From: a bacterium
GTDB taxonomy: Bacteria > UBA8248
NCBI GenBank assembly: GCA_965213625.1
Contig: CBDBZU010000004.1
Location: 2,848,001-2,912,000, forward strand
Reading direction: 5' to 3'
Length of the DNA: 64,000 bases
The position numbers and the translations under genes are program-made. Shown piece after piece: positions 32,883 through 42,642 of this stretch. Position 1 is the first letter of the stretch. Each line of letters opens with the position of its first letter. Under the pieces are notes generated by a model, which was not told where the DNA came from, searched no databases, and saw only the letters and a list, made by a program, of their open reading frames with translations.

Positions 32883-35783
32883 ATGAGGTACCTGATGGTA
32901 GTTGCAGTGTCGCTTGAAGAAGAATTGCTTGAAGCCATCGATGGTGAAGTGCGTTTCGACGTCTTCACAAGAAAAATATACAGCACCGATGCGAGCATGT
33001 ACGAGATTGAGCCCCTGGGCGTCGTGTTACCGAAAACGAACGCCGACGTGCAAAAAACACTTCAAATTGCGCAACGGCACAACGCCGCCATCCTGCCCCG
33101 GGGCGGCGGCACCAGCCTCGCCGGCCAGACGGTGGGCGACGCGCTGGTGCTCGATTTTTCCAAGTTCATGAACCAGGTCCTCGAACTGAACGCCGACGAG
33201 GAATGGGCACGCGTACAACCGGGGCTGGTGCAGGACCATTTCAACGATTACCTGAGTCCGCACGGTTTCGTCTTCGGACCCAATACCTCCACGAGCAGCC
33301 GCGCCACAATCGGCGGCATGCTGGGGAACAATTCCTCCGGGTCGCGCTCCATCGTCTACGGGAAGACGGTGGATCACGTTATCGAAATATCCGGCTATTT
33401 CGCCGATGGAGAGCCATTCACTTTCGGGCCTCTGGACGCGGCGTCTCTCGAAGAGTTGATGCGGCAGGATTCGCGCACGGGCAGACTGCACAGGGCGCTG
33501 AAGGACATCGTGGACGAGCAGCGGGTGGAGATTGACGACCGCTACCCCAAGATCATGCGCCGCGTGAGCGGATACAATCTCGATGAACTCACCCTGGAAA
33601 CGCAGCCGTTCAACCTCGCCAAGCTCATGGTGGGCGCCGAGGGCACGCTGGCCGTGGTGACGGAAGCCAAGGTGCGCGTGTGCCCCAAGCCAAAGTCGCT
33701 CGGCGTCCTCGTGGTTCATTTCCACAGCATCGAAGACGCTCTCGCGGCGAGCACGACGATTCTGGCCCACGACGTGGCGGCGATAGAGATCATCGATAAG
33801 GTGATCCTCGATCTCGCCAAGCTGAATCTCGAAGCCCAGCGCCTCATGAGCAGCTTCGTGGTGGGCGACCCGGATTCTTTCCTGACCATCGAGTTTTTCG
33901 CCGAAAACGACGATGAGGCCAAAGAGAAAGTCAGGCGCCTGCACGACGAACTCGAAGCGAAAAACATCGGCTACGCGCGCGTTCCACTGGACGACCCCGC
34001 CCACAAGCAGGATTGCCTGAACATGCGAAAGGCGGGCCTGGGCTTTTTGCTCGGTAGACGGGGCGACTGGAAGCCCTGCGCCTTCGTGGAGGATTGCGCG
34101 GTTTCTCCTGAGCATCTCCTGGATTATTACCGGCATTTCGAAGCCATCATGAAGAAGTACGACACGGAAACTTCCTACTACGGCCACACGAGCGTCGGCC
34201 TTCTGCACCTGCGCCCGCTCATCAACCTCAAAGAAGATGCGGAGATCGAGAAAATGGCCGCTATCGCCGAGGAGGTCTCGGACCTCGTGCTCGAATACGG
34301 CGGCGCCATGAGCGGAGAGCACGGCGACGGCCTGGCGAGAAGCCAGTGGGTGCCCAAGTTCTTCGGTGAGAAACTCTACGGGGCGTTCGTCGAGGTGAAG
34401 CGGCTCTTTGATCCCGAGAACCGGATGAACCCCGGAAAAATCGTGAACGCCCTCCCCTTCACCGAAAACCTGCGCTTCGACGGCTCTTACAAGACGCCCG
34501 AGATACCGACGATTATGGATTTCTCGAGCGACGGCGGCTTCGCACGCGCGGTGGAGCTTTGCAATGGCGTGGGCGCGTGCCGCAAGCGGGACGGCACAAT
34601 GTGTCCCTCCTATCAGGCGACGATGGAAGAAGAACACTCCACGCGCGGGCGGGCGAACGCGCTCAGGGAAGTCATCGCGAACGGAATCCCCGGAGAGGAC
34701 CTGGGCAGCGAACGCCTATATGAGGTGATGGACCTTTGTATATCGTGCAAGGGCTGCAAGGCGGAGTGTCCCTCGAGCGTGGACATGGCAAAAATCAAGG
34801 CCGAGGTGCTTCAGGCCTACTACGACAAGAACGGCGTGCCCATGCGCGTGCGTATGATGGGACGAATCGCGCAAATCAACCGCATGAGCGCCCCCGTCGC
34901 GCCCATCGTGAACTGGACGCTTGGGAATAACTTCGTGCGATCGCTTCTGGACAGGTTCTTCGGCATCGACAAGCGGAGAAGGCTCCCTCCCCTGGTGATG
35001 CCCACCTTCGAGGAATGGTTTAAGAGCCGACCTTCCGCGCGAAACGGAGTCAGCGCGCGAGGAAAAGTCTTGTTCCTGAACGATACGTTCACGAACTTCA
35101 ATTACCCGGAAATCGGAAAAGCCGCGGTCAAGGTGCTGGAGGCGGCCGGCTTCGAGGTCGGGCTTGCGGAGACGGGCTGCTGCGGACGGCCCATGATTTC
35201 GCACGGGCTCTTGCGCGAGGGTCAGAAGCTGGCCGAGGAGAATATTACCAAGCTGGCCCCCGCCATAGAGGCGGGGCTTCCGATCATCGGCGTCGAGCCG
35301 AGTTGCCTGCTCACGTTCCGGGATGAATATCCGGACCTCGTTGCGGGTGATACGGCGGGGCGCCTGGCGGAGAATTCCTACATGCTCGAGGAATTTCTCC
35401 AAAGCCTGCACGATAAAGGCGAACTGGATCTCAAATTCAAGACCCCGAAACAGCAGAAAGCCCTCTTCCACGGCCATTGCCACCAGAAAGCGCTGGTGGG
35501 CACAGGCCCCTCACTGGGGATTCTGGGCATGATTCCAGATTTGGAGGTGACGCAGATTCCATCTGGCTGCTGCGGGATGGCTGGTTCGTTCGGCTACGAG
35601 AAGGAACATTTCGACATCTCGATCGCCATCGGCGAGACGAAACTTTTCCCTGCTCTCAGAGCAGGCGATGAAGACGCCACGACCATCGCCAACGGCGTAT
35701 CCTGCCGTCAGCAAATCGCTACCGGCGTCGGCAAGAAGGCGCTCCACATCGCCGAGGTGCTCGCCGACGCGCTGGACGATTAA
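32883..35783 (+). CDS. FAD-binding/(Fe-S) oxidoreductase (YdiJ / GlcD-GlcF fusion type)
   Basis: PRGGGTSLAGQ, SGEHGDG, CNGVGAC and CISCKGC ferredoxin motifs, CCG domains. Confidence 0.9.
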   Translation: MRYLMVVAVSLEEELLEAIDGEVRFDVFTRKIYSTDASMYEIEPLGVVLPKTNADVQKTLQIAQRHNAAILPRGGGTSLAGQTVGDALVLDFSKFMNQVLELNADEEWARVQPGLVQDHFNDYLSPHGFVFGPNTSTSSRATIGGMLGNNSSGSRSIVYGKTVDHVIEISGYFADGEPFTFGPLDAASLEELMRQDSRTGRLHRALKDIVDEQRVEIDDRYPKIMRRVSGYNLDELTLETQPFNLAKLMVGAEGTLAVVTEAKVRVCPKPKSLGVLVVHFHSIEDALAASTTILAHDVAAIEIIDKVILDLAKLNLEAQRLMSSFVVGDPDSFLTIEFFAENDDEAKEKVRRLHDELEAKNIGYARVPLDDPAHKQDCLNMRKAGLGFLLGRRGDWKPCAFVEDCAVSPEHLLDYYRHFEAIMKKYDTETSYYGHTSVGLLHLRPLINLKEDAEIEKMAAIAEEVSDLVLEYGGAMSGEHGDGLARSQWVPKFFGEKLYGAFVEVKRLFDPENRMNPGKIVNALPFTENLRFDGSYKTPEIPTIMDFSSDGGFARAVELCNGVGACRKRDGTMCPSYQATMEEEHSTRGRANALREVIANGIPGEDLGSERLYEVMDLCISCKGCKAECPSSVDMAKIKAEVLQAYYDKNGVPMRVRMMGRIAQINRMSAPVAPIVNWTLGNNFVRSLLDRFFGIDKRRRLPPLVMPTFEEWFKSRPSARNGVSARGKVLFLNDTFTNFNYPEIGKAAVKVLEAAGFEVGLAETGCCGRPMISHGLLREGQKLAEENITKLAPAIEAGLPIIGVEPSCLLTFRDEYPDLVAGDTAGRLAENSYMLEEFLQSLHDKGELDLKFKTPKQQKALFHGHCHQKALVGTGPSLGILGMIPDLEVTQIPSGCCGMAGSFGYEKEHFDISIAIGETKLFPALRAGDEDATTIANGVSCRQQIATGVGKKALHIAEVLADALDD

Positions 35784-35853
35784 ATAATAAATTAAAATCA
35801 GGAATATATAACAACAAGATACGTGAACTATCTCATGTGATTAATTATATTTC

Positions 35854-36948
35854 CTAATCCGGATTCCGGATGACCGATCGCAGGGTTTCGCCGCGCTCCA
35901 TCGCCTCGAAAGCGGGTTCCACGTCTTCTAAGCCGATGACTTTCGTTACCATTCTGTCGAGGTCCAGCTCTCCCTTTTCGTACCAGTCAGCGAGAAGCGG
36001 GAAATCCCTCGAGGGCAGGCAATCCCCGTACCAGCAGACACGAAGCGCGCCGCCCAGGCCGAAGAACTGGAGCATAGGCAATTCCATCATCATGTCGGGA
36101 GCAGGCACGCCGATGAGCGTGCATGTTCCGGCGAGATCGCGCGACCACATCGCCTGGAGAAGGGTCTGAGGCGTTCCCACGGCCTCGAAGGAGTAATCGA
36201 CGCCGTTTCCGCCGGTGAGGTCCTTGATCGCTTCCACCGGGTCGGTTTCCGAGGCATTGACGACGTCGGTCGCGCCGAATTCCCTCGCCCAGGCGAGTTT
36301 GTTGTCGGCGATGTCGACAGCGATGATTTTCGCTGCGCGCGACATTTTCGCGCCCATGATGACGCTGCAGCCCACGCCGCCGCATCCATACACCGCCACG
36401 CTGCTCCCGCGCCGCACCTGCGCCGTGTAGAGCGAGGCGCCCACGCCCGTCATGACGCCGCAGCCGATGAGGCAGGCCTGCTCCGGCGTACAGACGGTGG
36501 GTACTTTCACCGCCTGTTTCGCGGCGACGACGGTGTGCGTACAGAACGTACCGATGCCGAGGGAGGGACTTAAAGCCTGGCCGTCTTTTTTCCCCCGCAT
36601 CTTGGAGGCCGCGTTCAGACTGGCGGCGCAAAGGTTGGGCTGGCCGATGGAGCAGAACCGGCAGACGCCGCAGGGAGCGCGCCAGGCCAGAACGACGTAA
36701 TCGCCCACTGCCAAGTCGGATACGCCCTCACCCACTTCCTGAACGATGCCTGAGCCCTCATGGCCGAGAAGGTAGGGAAACTCATCCCCGATTTTTCCGA
36801 GCTTGTAGTGCAAGTCCGTGTGGCAGACGCCGCTGGCCTGGATTTTCACCAGCACCTCGCCCGGACCCGGGGAGTCGAGTTCGATTTCTTCCACTTCCGT
36901 GCGGTCGCCCGCTTTTCTTGAAATCACGCCATGGCCGATGATGCTCAT
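35854..36948 (-). CDS. zinc-dependent alcohol dehydrogenase, S-(hydroxymethyl)mycothiol dehydrogenase-like
   Basis: GVCHTDLHY, FPYLLGHE, CxxCxxC structural zinc, RDLAGT, WYGDCLPSRDFP (recalled MscR/AdhE2 signature). Confidence 0.85.
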   Translation of the reverse strand: MSIIGHGVISRKAGDRTEVEEIELDSPGPGEVLVKIQASGVCHTDLHYKLGKIGDEFPYLLGHEGSGIVQEVGEGVSDLAVGDYVVLAWRAPCGVCRFCSIGQPNLCAASLNAASKMRGKKDGQALSPSLGIGTFCTHTVVAAKQAVKVPTVCTPEQACLIGCGVMTGVGASLYTAQVRRGSSVAVYGCGGVGCSVIMGAKMSRAAKIIAVDIADNKLAWAREFGATDVVNASETDPVEAIKDLTGGNGVDYSFEAVGTPQTLLQAMWSRDLAGTCTLIGVPAPDMMMELPMLQFFGLGGALRVCWYGDCLPSRDFPLLADWYEKGELDLDRMVTKVIGLEDVEPAFEAMERGETLRSVIRNPD

Positions 36949-37065
36949 ACGCTTCCTCCCGGTCGTATATTCTCGGTGCGCTCGCTATAATGCGCCGCGC
37001 AAACTTAAAATTTCCGTTGACGATATTATTCTCTCCCACGAGGGATTATCGCGCAAGGAGGCGAC

Positions 37066-38256
37066 ATGTCCGAAGAATGGTACCCGCGTTTCTCGGAAGC
37101 AGAAATGAGCAGGCGTCATGGAATGGCGAAAGATTTGATGGAAGAAGAAGGGCTCGACACTCTCTTGTTCTTCGGCATGGGGGGCACGAACCGCAACGCG
37201 CAGGCGAACATCTACTGGCTTTCCTGCTACCGGGATTTCAACCACTGCTACCTGATTTTCCCGAAAGAAGGCCTCCCTTCCCTCTTCACGGGACTCTACA
37301 ACCATCTGCATAACGCGCAGATGCAGTGCATCTTCAAGGACGTGCGCCACGGAGCGTACGGCAATCCCGAACGCATGGCGGACCAGCTCGACGCCCTCGG
37401 GCTGGGGAACGCGCGCATCGGCTTGGTGGGAATCAACCCGCGCTTCAAGATTCTGCTGCCCTTCGAGCACATGGACTATCTGACGGAGCGCTTCCCCGAG
37501 GCGCAGTGGGTGGATGTGAGCGCGAAATTCAGGGACTTGAGGCTGATAAAGAGCGATGAGGAAATCGAATGGCTGACCGAGGCGGCGCGCCTCACGGACC
37601 TCGCCATGGAAGCGGCCGTCACCCATGCGAAACCGGGCATTCCCGAAATCGAACTCTCTGGGCGGATGGCCGCCGCGTTCAGGGAGCAAGGCGGCGAGCA
37701 GATGGTGCAGTTCGTGACGGCCACGCCGATGGCCAATCCCCGTACGCCCGTCCCCTGGCAGAATCCGACCAGGCGAAAGCTCGAGGCGGGCGATGTGCTC
37801 ATCATGGAGATTAGTGCTGCCTATTATGGTTATGCGGGCCAGAGCTTGCGCACCTTCACCATCGGGGCGGACCCGACGCCTCCTTACCAGGCGCTGCTCG
37901 AAGCTGCGGTCGAGGTGTACGAGGGCGTGGGCAAGACGATGAAGGCGGGCAATTCCGCACAGGCTGTTTTCGAGGCCACGGACCCGCTGCCCGAGAGGGG
38001 TTTCCAGATCTACGATTCGCTCGCCCACGGCTTCGGCACGGACTTGCTCCAGCCCTCCATCGGCATCCGGGGCTCGAACTATCTCGCTCCGCCGGCCGAT
38101 TTCAAGTACCGCGAAAACATGGTGATGGTGATTCAGCCGAACCCCATGGATACGGAAGGACGGGGAGTGCAGATGGGCGACATGGGAATCGTCACCCGGG
38201 AGGGGTTCCGCTCGCTGCACACCTTCCCGATGAAGGCGTTCCGCTGCGACGGGTGA
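37066..38256 (+). CDS. M24 (Xaa-Pro peptidase/creatinase) fold protein
   Basis: Creatinase-type N-domain, RLIKSDEEIE, AHGFG. Confidence 0.8.
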   Translation: MSEEWYPRFSEAEMSRRHGMAKDLMEEEGLDTLLFFGMGGTNRNAQANIYWLSCYRDFNHCYLIFPKEGLPSLFTGLYNHLHNAQMQCIFKDVRHGAYGNPERMADQLDALGLGNARIGLVGINPRFKILLPFEHMDYLTERFPEAQWVDVSAKFRDLRLIKSDEEIEWLTEAARLTDLAMEAAVTHAKPGIPEIELSGRMAAAFREQGGEQMVQFVTATPMANPRTPVPWQNPTRRKLEAGDVLIMEISAAYYGYAGQSLRTFTIGADPTPPYQALLEAAVEVYEGVGKTMKAGNSAQAVFEATDPLPERGFQIYDSLAHGFGTDLLQPSIGIRGSNYLAPPADFKYRENMVMVIQPNPMDTEGRGVQMGDMGIVTREGFRSLHTFPMKAFRCDG

Positions 38257-38441
38257 GGACTACTTGCCAGAAGGGATATTGAGAAAGCCCCACCATACAT
38301 AGGAATTGGATTTCTCATTCATGAAAAGTTTATGAAATTGCTCCCTCCTTGAAGTAGTTGCCGACCCGGAAGAGAGGACTTTCACTCCCCCCTTGAGGGT
38401 CGTGGCCGACACACGAGAGAGAAGAATCACTCCCCCCTTGA

Positions 38442-39961
38442 GGGTCTGTTGAAAAACCCGGTGTTGGAAGCGGGCGTTTTGGCGGCTCACGCGGCGGCGG
38501 GGAGGCAGCCCAATCGGCGCGTGAGGGCGCCATGTGCGCGCAGCCGGCGTCTCCGGGCGGCACAGGCCGTCCACAAGGCGAATATACGCGCCGCAAAAGC
38601 GGCGGCCAGCCGCTTGAGGTTCACCGCTATCGCCGTCAGGTAGGACTGGATCCGCATGTTCGCAAGGCCCCGGCGCACCGCCCGCCCCAGTCCGTGCCGG
38701 CTCTTCGCCTCGCCGTGGTAGCCCTCCGAGCGCCAACGGTGGCGGCCATAGAGACGCTTCTCCTCCTCCCCCCAGCGCGCATGCCACCGACGCGCGCGCA
38801 ACAGCGCCGGATACGCGTGTGGAATCAACACCGTCCTGCTCGTGCGCGACTTCGACAGACAATCGGGCCTGAGCGCGCAGCCCGCGCAATCCCGCGTCTT
38901 CGATACATAGGAGCGCCCCCGCTCCGTCGCCTGCCGGGGGCGCAGCGTCTTGCCTCCCGGACACTTCACCACCTCGTTGCGCGCGTCGTAGTGGAACAAC
39001 TGCAGCGGAACACGGCTCTGGCTGGGTTCCTTCTTCGCTGGTATCAGCGCTTCCACGCCCCGCCGCTCCAATTCGCCGTAAACCTTCGAGTACGCGTACC
39101 CCGAATCCGCCGTCACCATCTCCGGCGCGCGGCCCGACAACTCGCTTACCGCCTCTATATGGGACGCCATCATCTCACGCTCGTTCCGCGTCCCCTCCGT
39201 CACCGACACGTCGAGAACAACACCCCGCTCATCGTCCACCGCCGCGTGCTGCTTGTAGCTCGGCTCGAACCCCGCCCGCGCGCTCTTGCGCGCAAGCCGC
39301 GCGTCCGGGTCCGTCCGGCTCACCGGACCCCCGCCACCGCGGCCTCCTCCCTTCTTCCCGACCTCATCATCGACGGGATTCTCCTGAATCACCTTCTCCG
39401 CGTGGTGCGCCGCCAGGCTCTCCCAGCTCACGTCCGCGCGTATCAACGAGGCGTCCACGTGCACCACTTCCCCCTTCGCCACATTCGCCTCCAGACAAGC
39501 CTGCACCGTCCGGCGGAATATCTCCTTGAACCGAGCCTCCCCCCACCGCTGACGAATCCGCGTCAGGCTCGAATGATGCGGCAACTCCTCGTGCAACCCG
39601 TATCCGATGAACCACCGGATCGCCAGGTGCGCACGCGCCTCGCGAAGCAGACGCCGGTCGTGTACGTAGCCCAGCAACATACCCGCAAGCATCAAGCGGA
39701 GCGCCACCTCCGGGTCGATCCCCGGTCGACCATTGTCCGCGCAATAGCAATCCGCCACCTCCTCACGAAGCCAACTCAAATCCAGTACGCGGTCCACGCG
39801 CATCAGGACGTGATCCTCGGGGATCAGCCGATCCAGCGAACCGGCCACGAACAAATCCATCTGCTCGCGCCTCTTGCTGCCTATCATCGAGGGAACTCCC
39901 ATCTCGGGCGAGATAGTGTCATTACACCCAATCACAATGCCGGGGCTTTTTCAACAGCCCC
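38442..39961 (-). mobile_element. IS1182-family insertion sequence (1520 bp)
   Basis: Inverted repeats GGGTCTGTTGAAAAA / TTTTTCAACAGCCCC (14/15); TTGA duplicated at 38438-38441 and 39962-39965. Confidence 0.9.
38487..39887 (-). CDS. IS1182-family DDE transposase
   Basis: IPEDH, GRPGIDP, PHHSSLTRIR, VDAS, SRTDPDA, ADSGY, CPGG zinc segment, SEGYHGEAK, NLKRL. Confidence 0.92.
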   Translation of the reverse strand: MIGSKRREQMDLFVAGSLDRLIPEDHVLMRVDRVLDLSWLREEVADCYCADNGRPGIDPEVALRLMLAGMLLGYVHDRRLLREARAHLAIRWFIGYGLHEELPHHSSLTRIRQRWGEARFKEIFRRTVQACLEANVAKGEVVHVDASLIRADVSWESLAAHHAEKVIQENPVDDEVGKKGGGRGGGGPVSRTDPDARLARKSARAGFEPSYKQHAAVDDERGVVLDVSVTEGTRNEREMMASHIEAVSELSGRAPEMVTADSGYAYSKVYGELERRGVEALIPAKKEPSQSRVPLQLFHYDARNEVVKCPGGKTLRPRQATERGRSYVSKTRDCAGCALRPDCLSKSRTSRTVLIPHAYPALLRARRWHARWGEEEKRLYGRHRWRSEGYHGEAKSRHGLGRAVRRGLANMRIQSYLTAIAVNLKRLAAAFAARIFALWTACAARRRRLRAHGALTRRLGCLPAAA

Positions 39962-40133
39962 TTGAGGGGGAGTCGAAGAGGCCGAGCGTTTTGTGCGAAG
40001 GCCGGTTCGGTGGGGGGTAAAATGCGTTTTATCGCCACTCCGAATTATACCCCCCACCAACTCGCCTGCGGGCTCCGCCCTTGTCTCGTTGTCGGTCTTC
40101 CCCGAGGGAGACCGACCCTCAAGGGGGGAGTGA
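39962..40133. repeat. type-A palindromic element, right part (left part 38427-38441; split by the IS)
   Basis: Aligns with the intact copy at 54866-55030. Confidence 0.85.
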
Positions 40134-40189
40134 TTCCTGCTCCTTGATCGGTCACATCAAACTCTTGTTTTGCCTGTCCACCATATCTG

Positions 40190-40271
40190 CCTCACCCTGA
40201 GTAGCCGCCGAAGGCGGCGTATCGAAGGGCGCTACCTCGATACGGCGCGCAAGCGCGCCTACTCGGAATGA
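40190..40271. repeat. type-B REP-like inverted pair (CTGAGTAG-hairpin-GTATCGAAGG)
   Basis: Same motif at 47034-47147. Confidence 0.8.
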
Positions 40272-40468
40272 AGATGGTATTACGGACAAGGGCGGCGAAT
40301 GCGCCATGGGGAGGTTTCCCTTGAGGATAGCTTCTTCAAGAGCCCTAATGTGTTCGGCTGCGTCCGTTGCGGGCCGGCGCATCCGCGCATAGAATCCGGT
40401 TACCGAAATGCTGATGGAAACTTCAACAGAGTCTCGTTTTATTTCCGATCAAAAGAAGGAAATCATCC

Positions 40469-41086
40469 GTGGAATTCGTGATCAAGATTTACGACAAGCC
40501 CGAAGCGGCCTCTCTGAGAGATGTTCACCGCAAGGCGCACCTCGATTATCTGAAAGGATTCGATGACGTCACCCGCTTCGCGGGCCCGTTCCTGACCGAC
40601 GACGGAAAACTCGAACTGGGCAGTTTCCGCATTCTGGACCTGCCCGACCGCGCCGCCGCGGAAGAGCACGTGGCGAACGAGCCGTTCATCATCGAGGGGA
40701 TTCAGGAGCGGCCCTCCATACATCGCTGGCGCGCCACCGTGCCTTACTCCTGGCGCGATTGTCCGCGCAAAGAGGGAAACCTGCAGTTCTACGTCCATGC
40801 GCAGGATAAGGCGGATGGGAGCGCGATCCGCAAAGCCCTGCATGAAGAGCACAAGGCCTACCTGACCGGACACGGCGATTCGGTGATGGTGCGCGGCCCT
40901 CTGGTCACCGATGACGGCGAGACCAGGAACGGCAGCGTGCTCTTGTTCGATTTTCCCGACATCGAGGCGGCGCGCGCGTTCTGGTCGGAGGAGCCCTACA
41001 ACCGGGCGGGCCTGTATGAGAGCGTGGAGTTCTACGCTTGGCGCTTCGGGCGGGTATTCGACCGCTTCAAGACGCCCGTATCGTAA
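40469..41086 (+). CDS. YciI-family protein with two tandem YCII domains
   Basis: AHLDYL...AGPFLTDDG...GS...EPF, then EHKAYL...RGPLVTDDG...GS...EPY. Confidence 0.85.
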   Translation: MEFVIKIYDKPEAASLRDVHRKAHLDYLKGFDDVTRFAGPFLTDDGKLELGSFRILDLPDRAAAEEHVANEPFIIEGIQERPSIHRWRATVPYSWRDCPRKEGNLQFYVHAQDKADGSAIRKALHEEHKAYLTGHGDSVMVRGPLVTDDGETRNGSVLLFDFPDIEAARAFWSEEPYNRAGLYESVEFYAWRFGRVFDRFKTPVS

Positions 41087-41104
41087 TTCCCCCAAAAGAG
41101 TTGC

Positions 41105-42565
41105 TCAAAGAATCTCGCCGGTGAACTCAGTTCGCACCCGATCCTTGAGCGAGCGTATGGCCTTGAGGGACATCTTGAGGACCTGCTTCTCCCTCCGTGA
41201 GATTGCCGACTTCCTCACGTAGCGCGTCGCCTTCCTGATACGCTTGAAATCCCTGAGTTGCTGTCGCAGCAGCATGAACGTCATATTTTCCAGGGCGGCG
41301 GTATAATCATCGACCTCATCATTGCTGAAAATCCCCGCCTCGTGCAGCAGGCTGATGCGCTCGTAGGTGGAGGTGGCCTCCAGACCCTCTTTCAGGGCGA
41401 GTAGCCGCACCGCTCCAATAAGTGGAAGAATGCCCCCGTGCTTCAGGTTAATCGCCTGCGGCAGGCCCTCTCCCGTTTTTTCCGTACGCAGCATGCCGAA
41501 CAGACCGAGAGCGACGTGCCTGTCGGCCTCGGTCTGGAACATCGCCTGAAGAACGGCTGGTTCTTTCTGCACGAAAGTAGTGAGGTGATTCCGCAACTCT
41601 TGTCCCAGCGAGAGATCTCCGCAAACGGTGTCGAAATCGAAAAAGACGTCGCTCAGCTGCACCTGGAAAGTGCTCCTCTTCTGGAACCAGCGAAGGGTCT
41701 GTTGCTTCCATTCGGAAATCGATTTGCGCCAAAGCGGGTTCGTGGCCATGACGTTGCCGTCGCACAAGGGGAAGCCGATGGCTTCGAGGTTCCAGGTCAG
41801 CAGTTCCGAGAACTGGATGAAGTAGTCGTTGACTTCGTTGTGCCGCTCCACGGGATAGTCTTCGAAAATGATGCCGTTGTCCTGATCGGGGTTGATGAAG
41901 TTCTCCCCCCGGCCGCTCGAACCCATGACGATCACGGCGTACCGTACAGGCGGCTCGCCCCCGCCTGCCGCTTCGATGGTCCCCGTCACTTTTTCGGCCA
42001 CGCGGCGGTAGATGTCGTTGTTCACATGCGTGAGCAGCGCCTGAATTTCGGGCGCGGTGAGGTTGTCCTCGAGCAGTTCCTGCGCCACAACCGTCTGCAC
42101 GGCTTTCACCTCTTGCAAGCCGTAGAGTTCAGGTACCTGCGTGAGTGCGTCGATGTGATCCACCACATGCGCGGCCGCTACGGCCATGGCGTCTTGCAAG
42201 TCGAGCAGTCCGAGCGGGCGGTTCGCTTCGTCCACAACGGGCATGTGCCGGTGGCCGAGGCGACGCATGCGCGCAATGGTGTGATAGAGGTAGTCCCCCT
42301 TATTCGCGGAGTAGACGCGGGGCGTCATCACCTGCTCTATGGATTCAGAGCCGTCGCACCGCAGCGCGACGCGGCGCGTCACGTCTTTCTCCGTGAAAAT
42401 GCCTGAAAGTTTGTTTTCCTCATCCGTCACGAGAACGCACGTTGCGCCCGTCTCCGCCATTCGGGAAATGACCAGCCTGAGATTTTCGGAAGCCGGAACG
42501 ATGAGCGAATCGGTTTTGAGAAAGTCATCCACAAGACATGAGAAAATTCTCGTCTGGGATTTCAT
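41105..42565 (-). CDS. CBS pair + DUF294 nucleotidyltransferase-like protein
   Basis: GIFTEKD and RHMPVV CBS motifs; MGSSGRGE, DQDNG, CDGNVMATNPLWR, INLKHGG. Confidence 0.88.
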   Translation of the reverse strand: MKSQTRIFSCLVDDFLKTDSLIVPASENLRLVISRMAETGATCVLVTDEENKLSGIFTEKDVTRRVALRCDGSESIEQVMTPRVYSANKGDYLYHTIARMRRLGHRHMPVVDEANRPLGLLDLQDAMAVAAAHVVDHIDALTQVPELYGLQEVKAVQTVVAQELLEDNLTAPEIQALLTHVNNDIYRRVAEKVTGTIEAAGGGEPPVRYAVIVMGSSGRGENFINPDQDNGIIFEDYPVERHNEVNDYFIQFSELLTWNLEAIGFPLCDGNVMATNPLWRKSISEWKQQTLRWFQKRSTFQVQLSDVFFDFDTVCGDLSLGQELRNHLTTFVQKEPAVLQAMFQTEADRHVALGLFGMLRTEKTGEGLPQAINLKHGGILPLIGAVRLLALKEGLEATSTYERISLLHEAGIFSNDEVDDYTAALENMTFMLLRQQLRDFKRIRKATRYVRKSAISRREKQVLKMSLKAIRSLKDRVRTEFTGEIL

Positions 42566-42642
42566 GGCTTCTGTGTCCGTTATCAAGGCGGATGTTCGGG
42601 AACATCTCGTGTTCACGGCGCGTTAATGAGCAATAGTATAGC

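Larger units (their letters stand above)
38273..40345. repeat. degenerate IS1182-end-bracketed cassette containing REP-like repeats and the intact IS
   Basis: GGGATATTGAGAAAGCCCC at 38273 and TTCTTCAAGAGCCC ending at 40345 resemble the IS inverted repeats. Confidence 0.45.

Noticed and set aside
33027-34637. 536-aa minus-strand ORF (also 36985-38220, 52858-54423, 56452-57762, and plus-strand 38532-39965 and 41438-42406)
   Set aside because: Antisense shadows of well-supported high-GC genes, with no recognisable motifs
38337-38441. Possible CRISPR mini-array
   Set aside because: Only two or three units, the spacers are related to each other, no cas genes, and the unit belongs to a dispersed palindrome family
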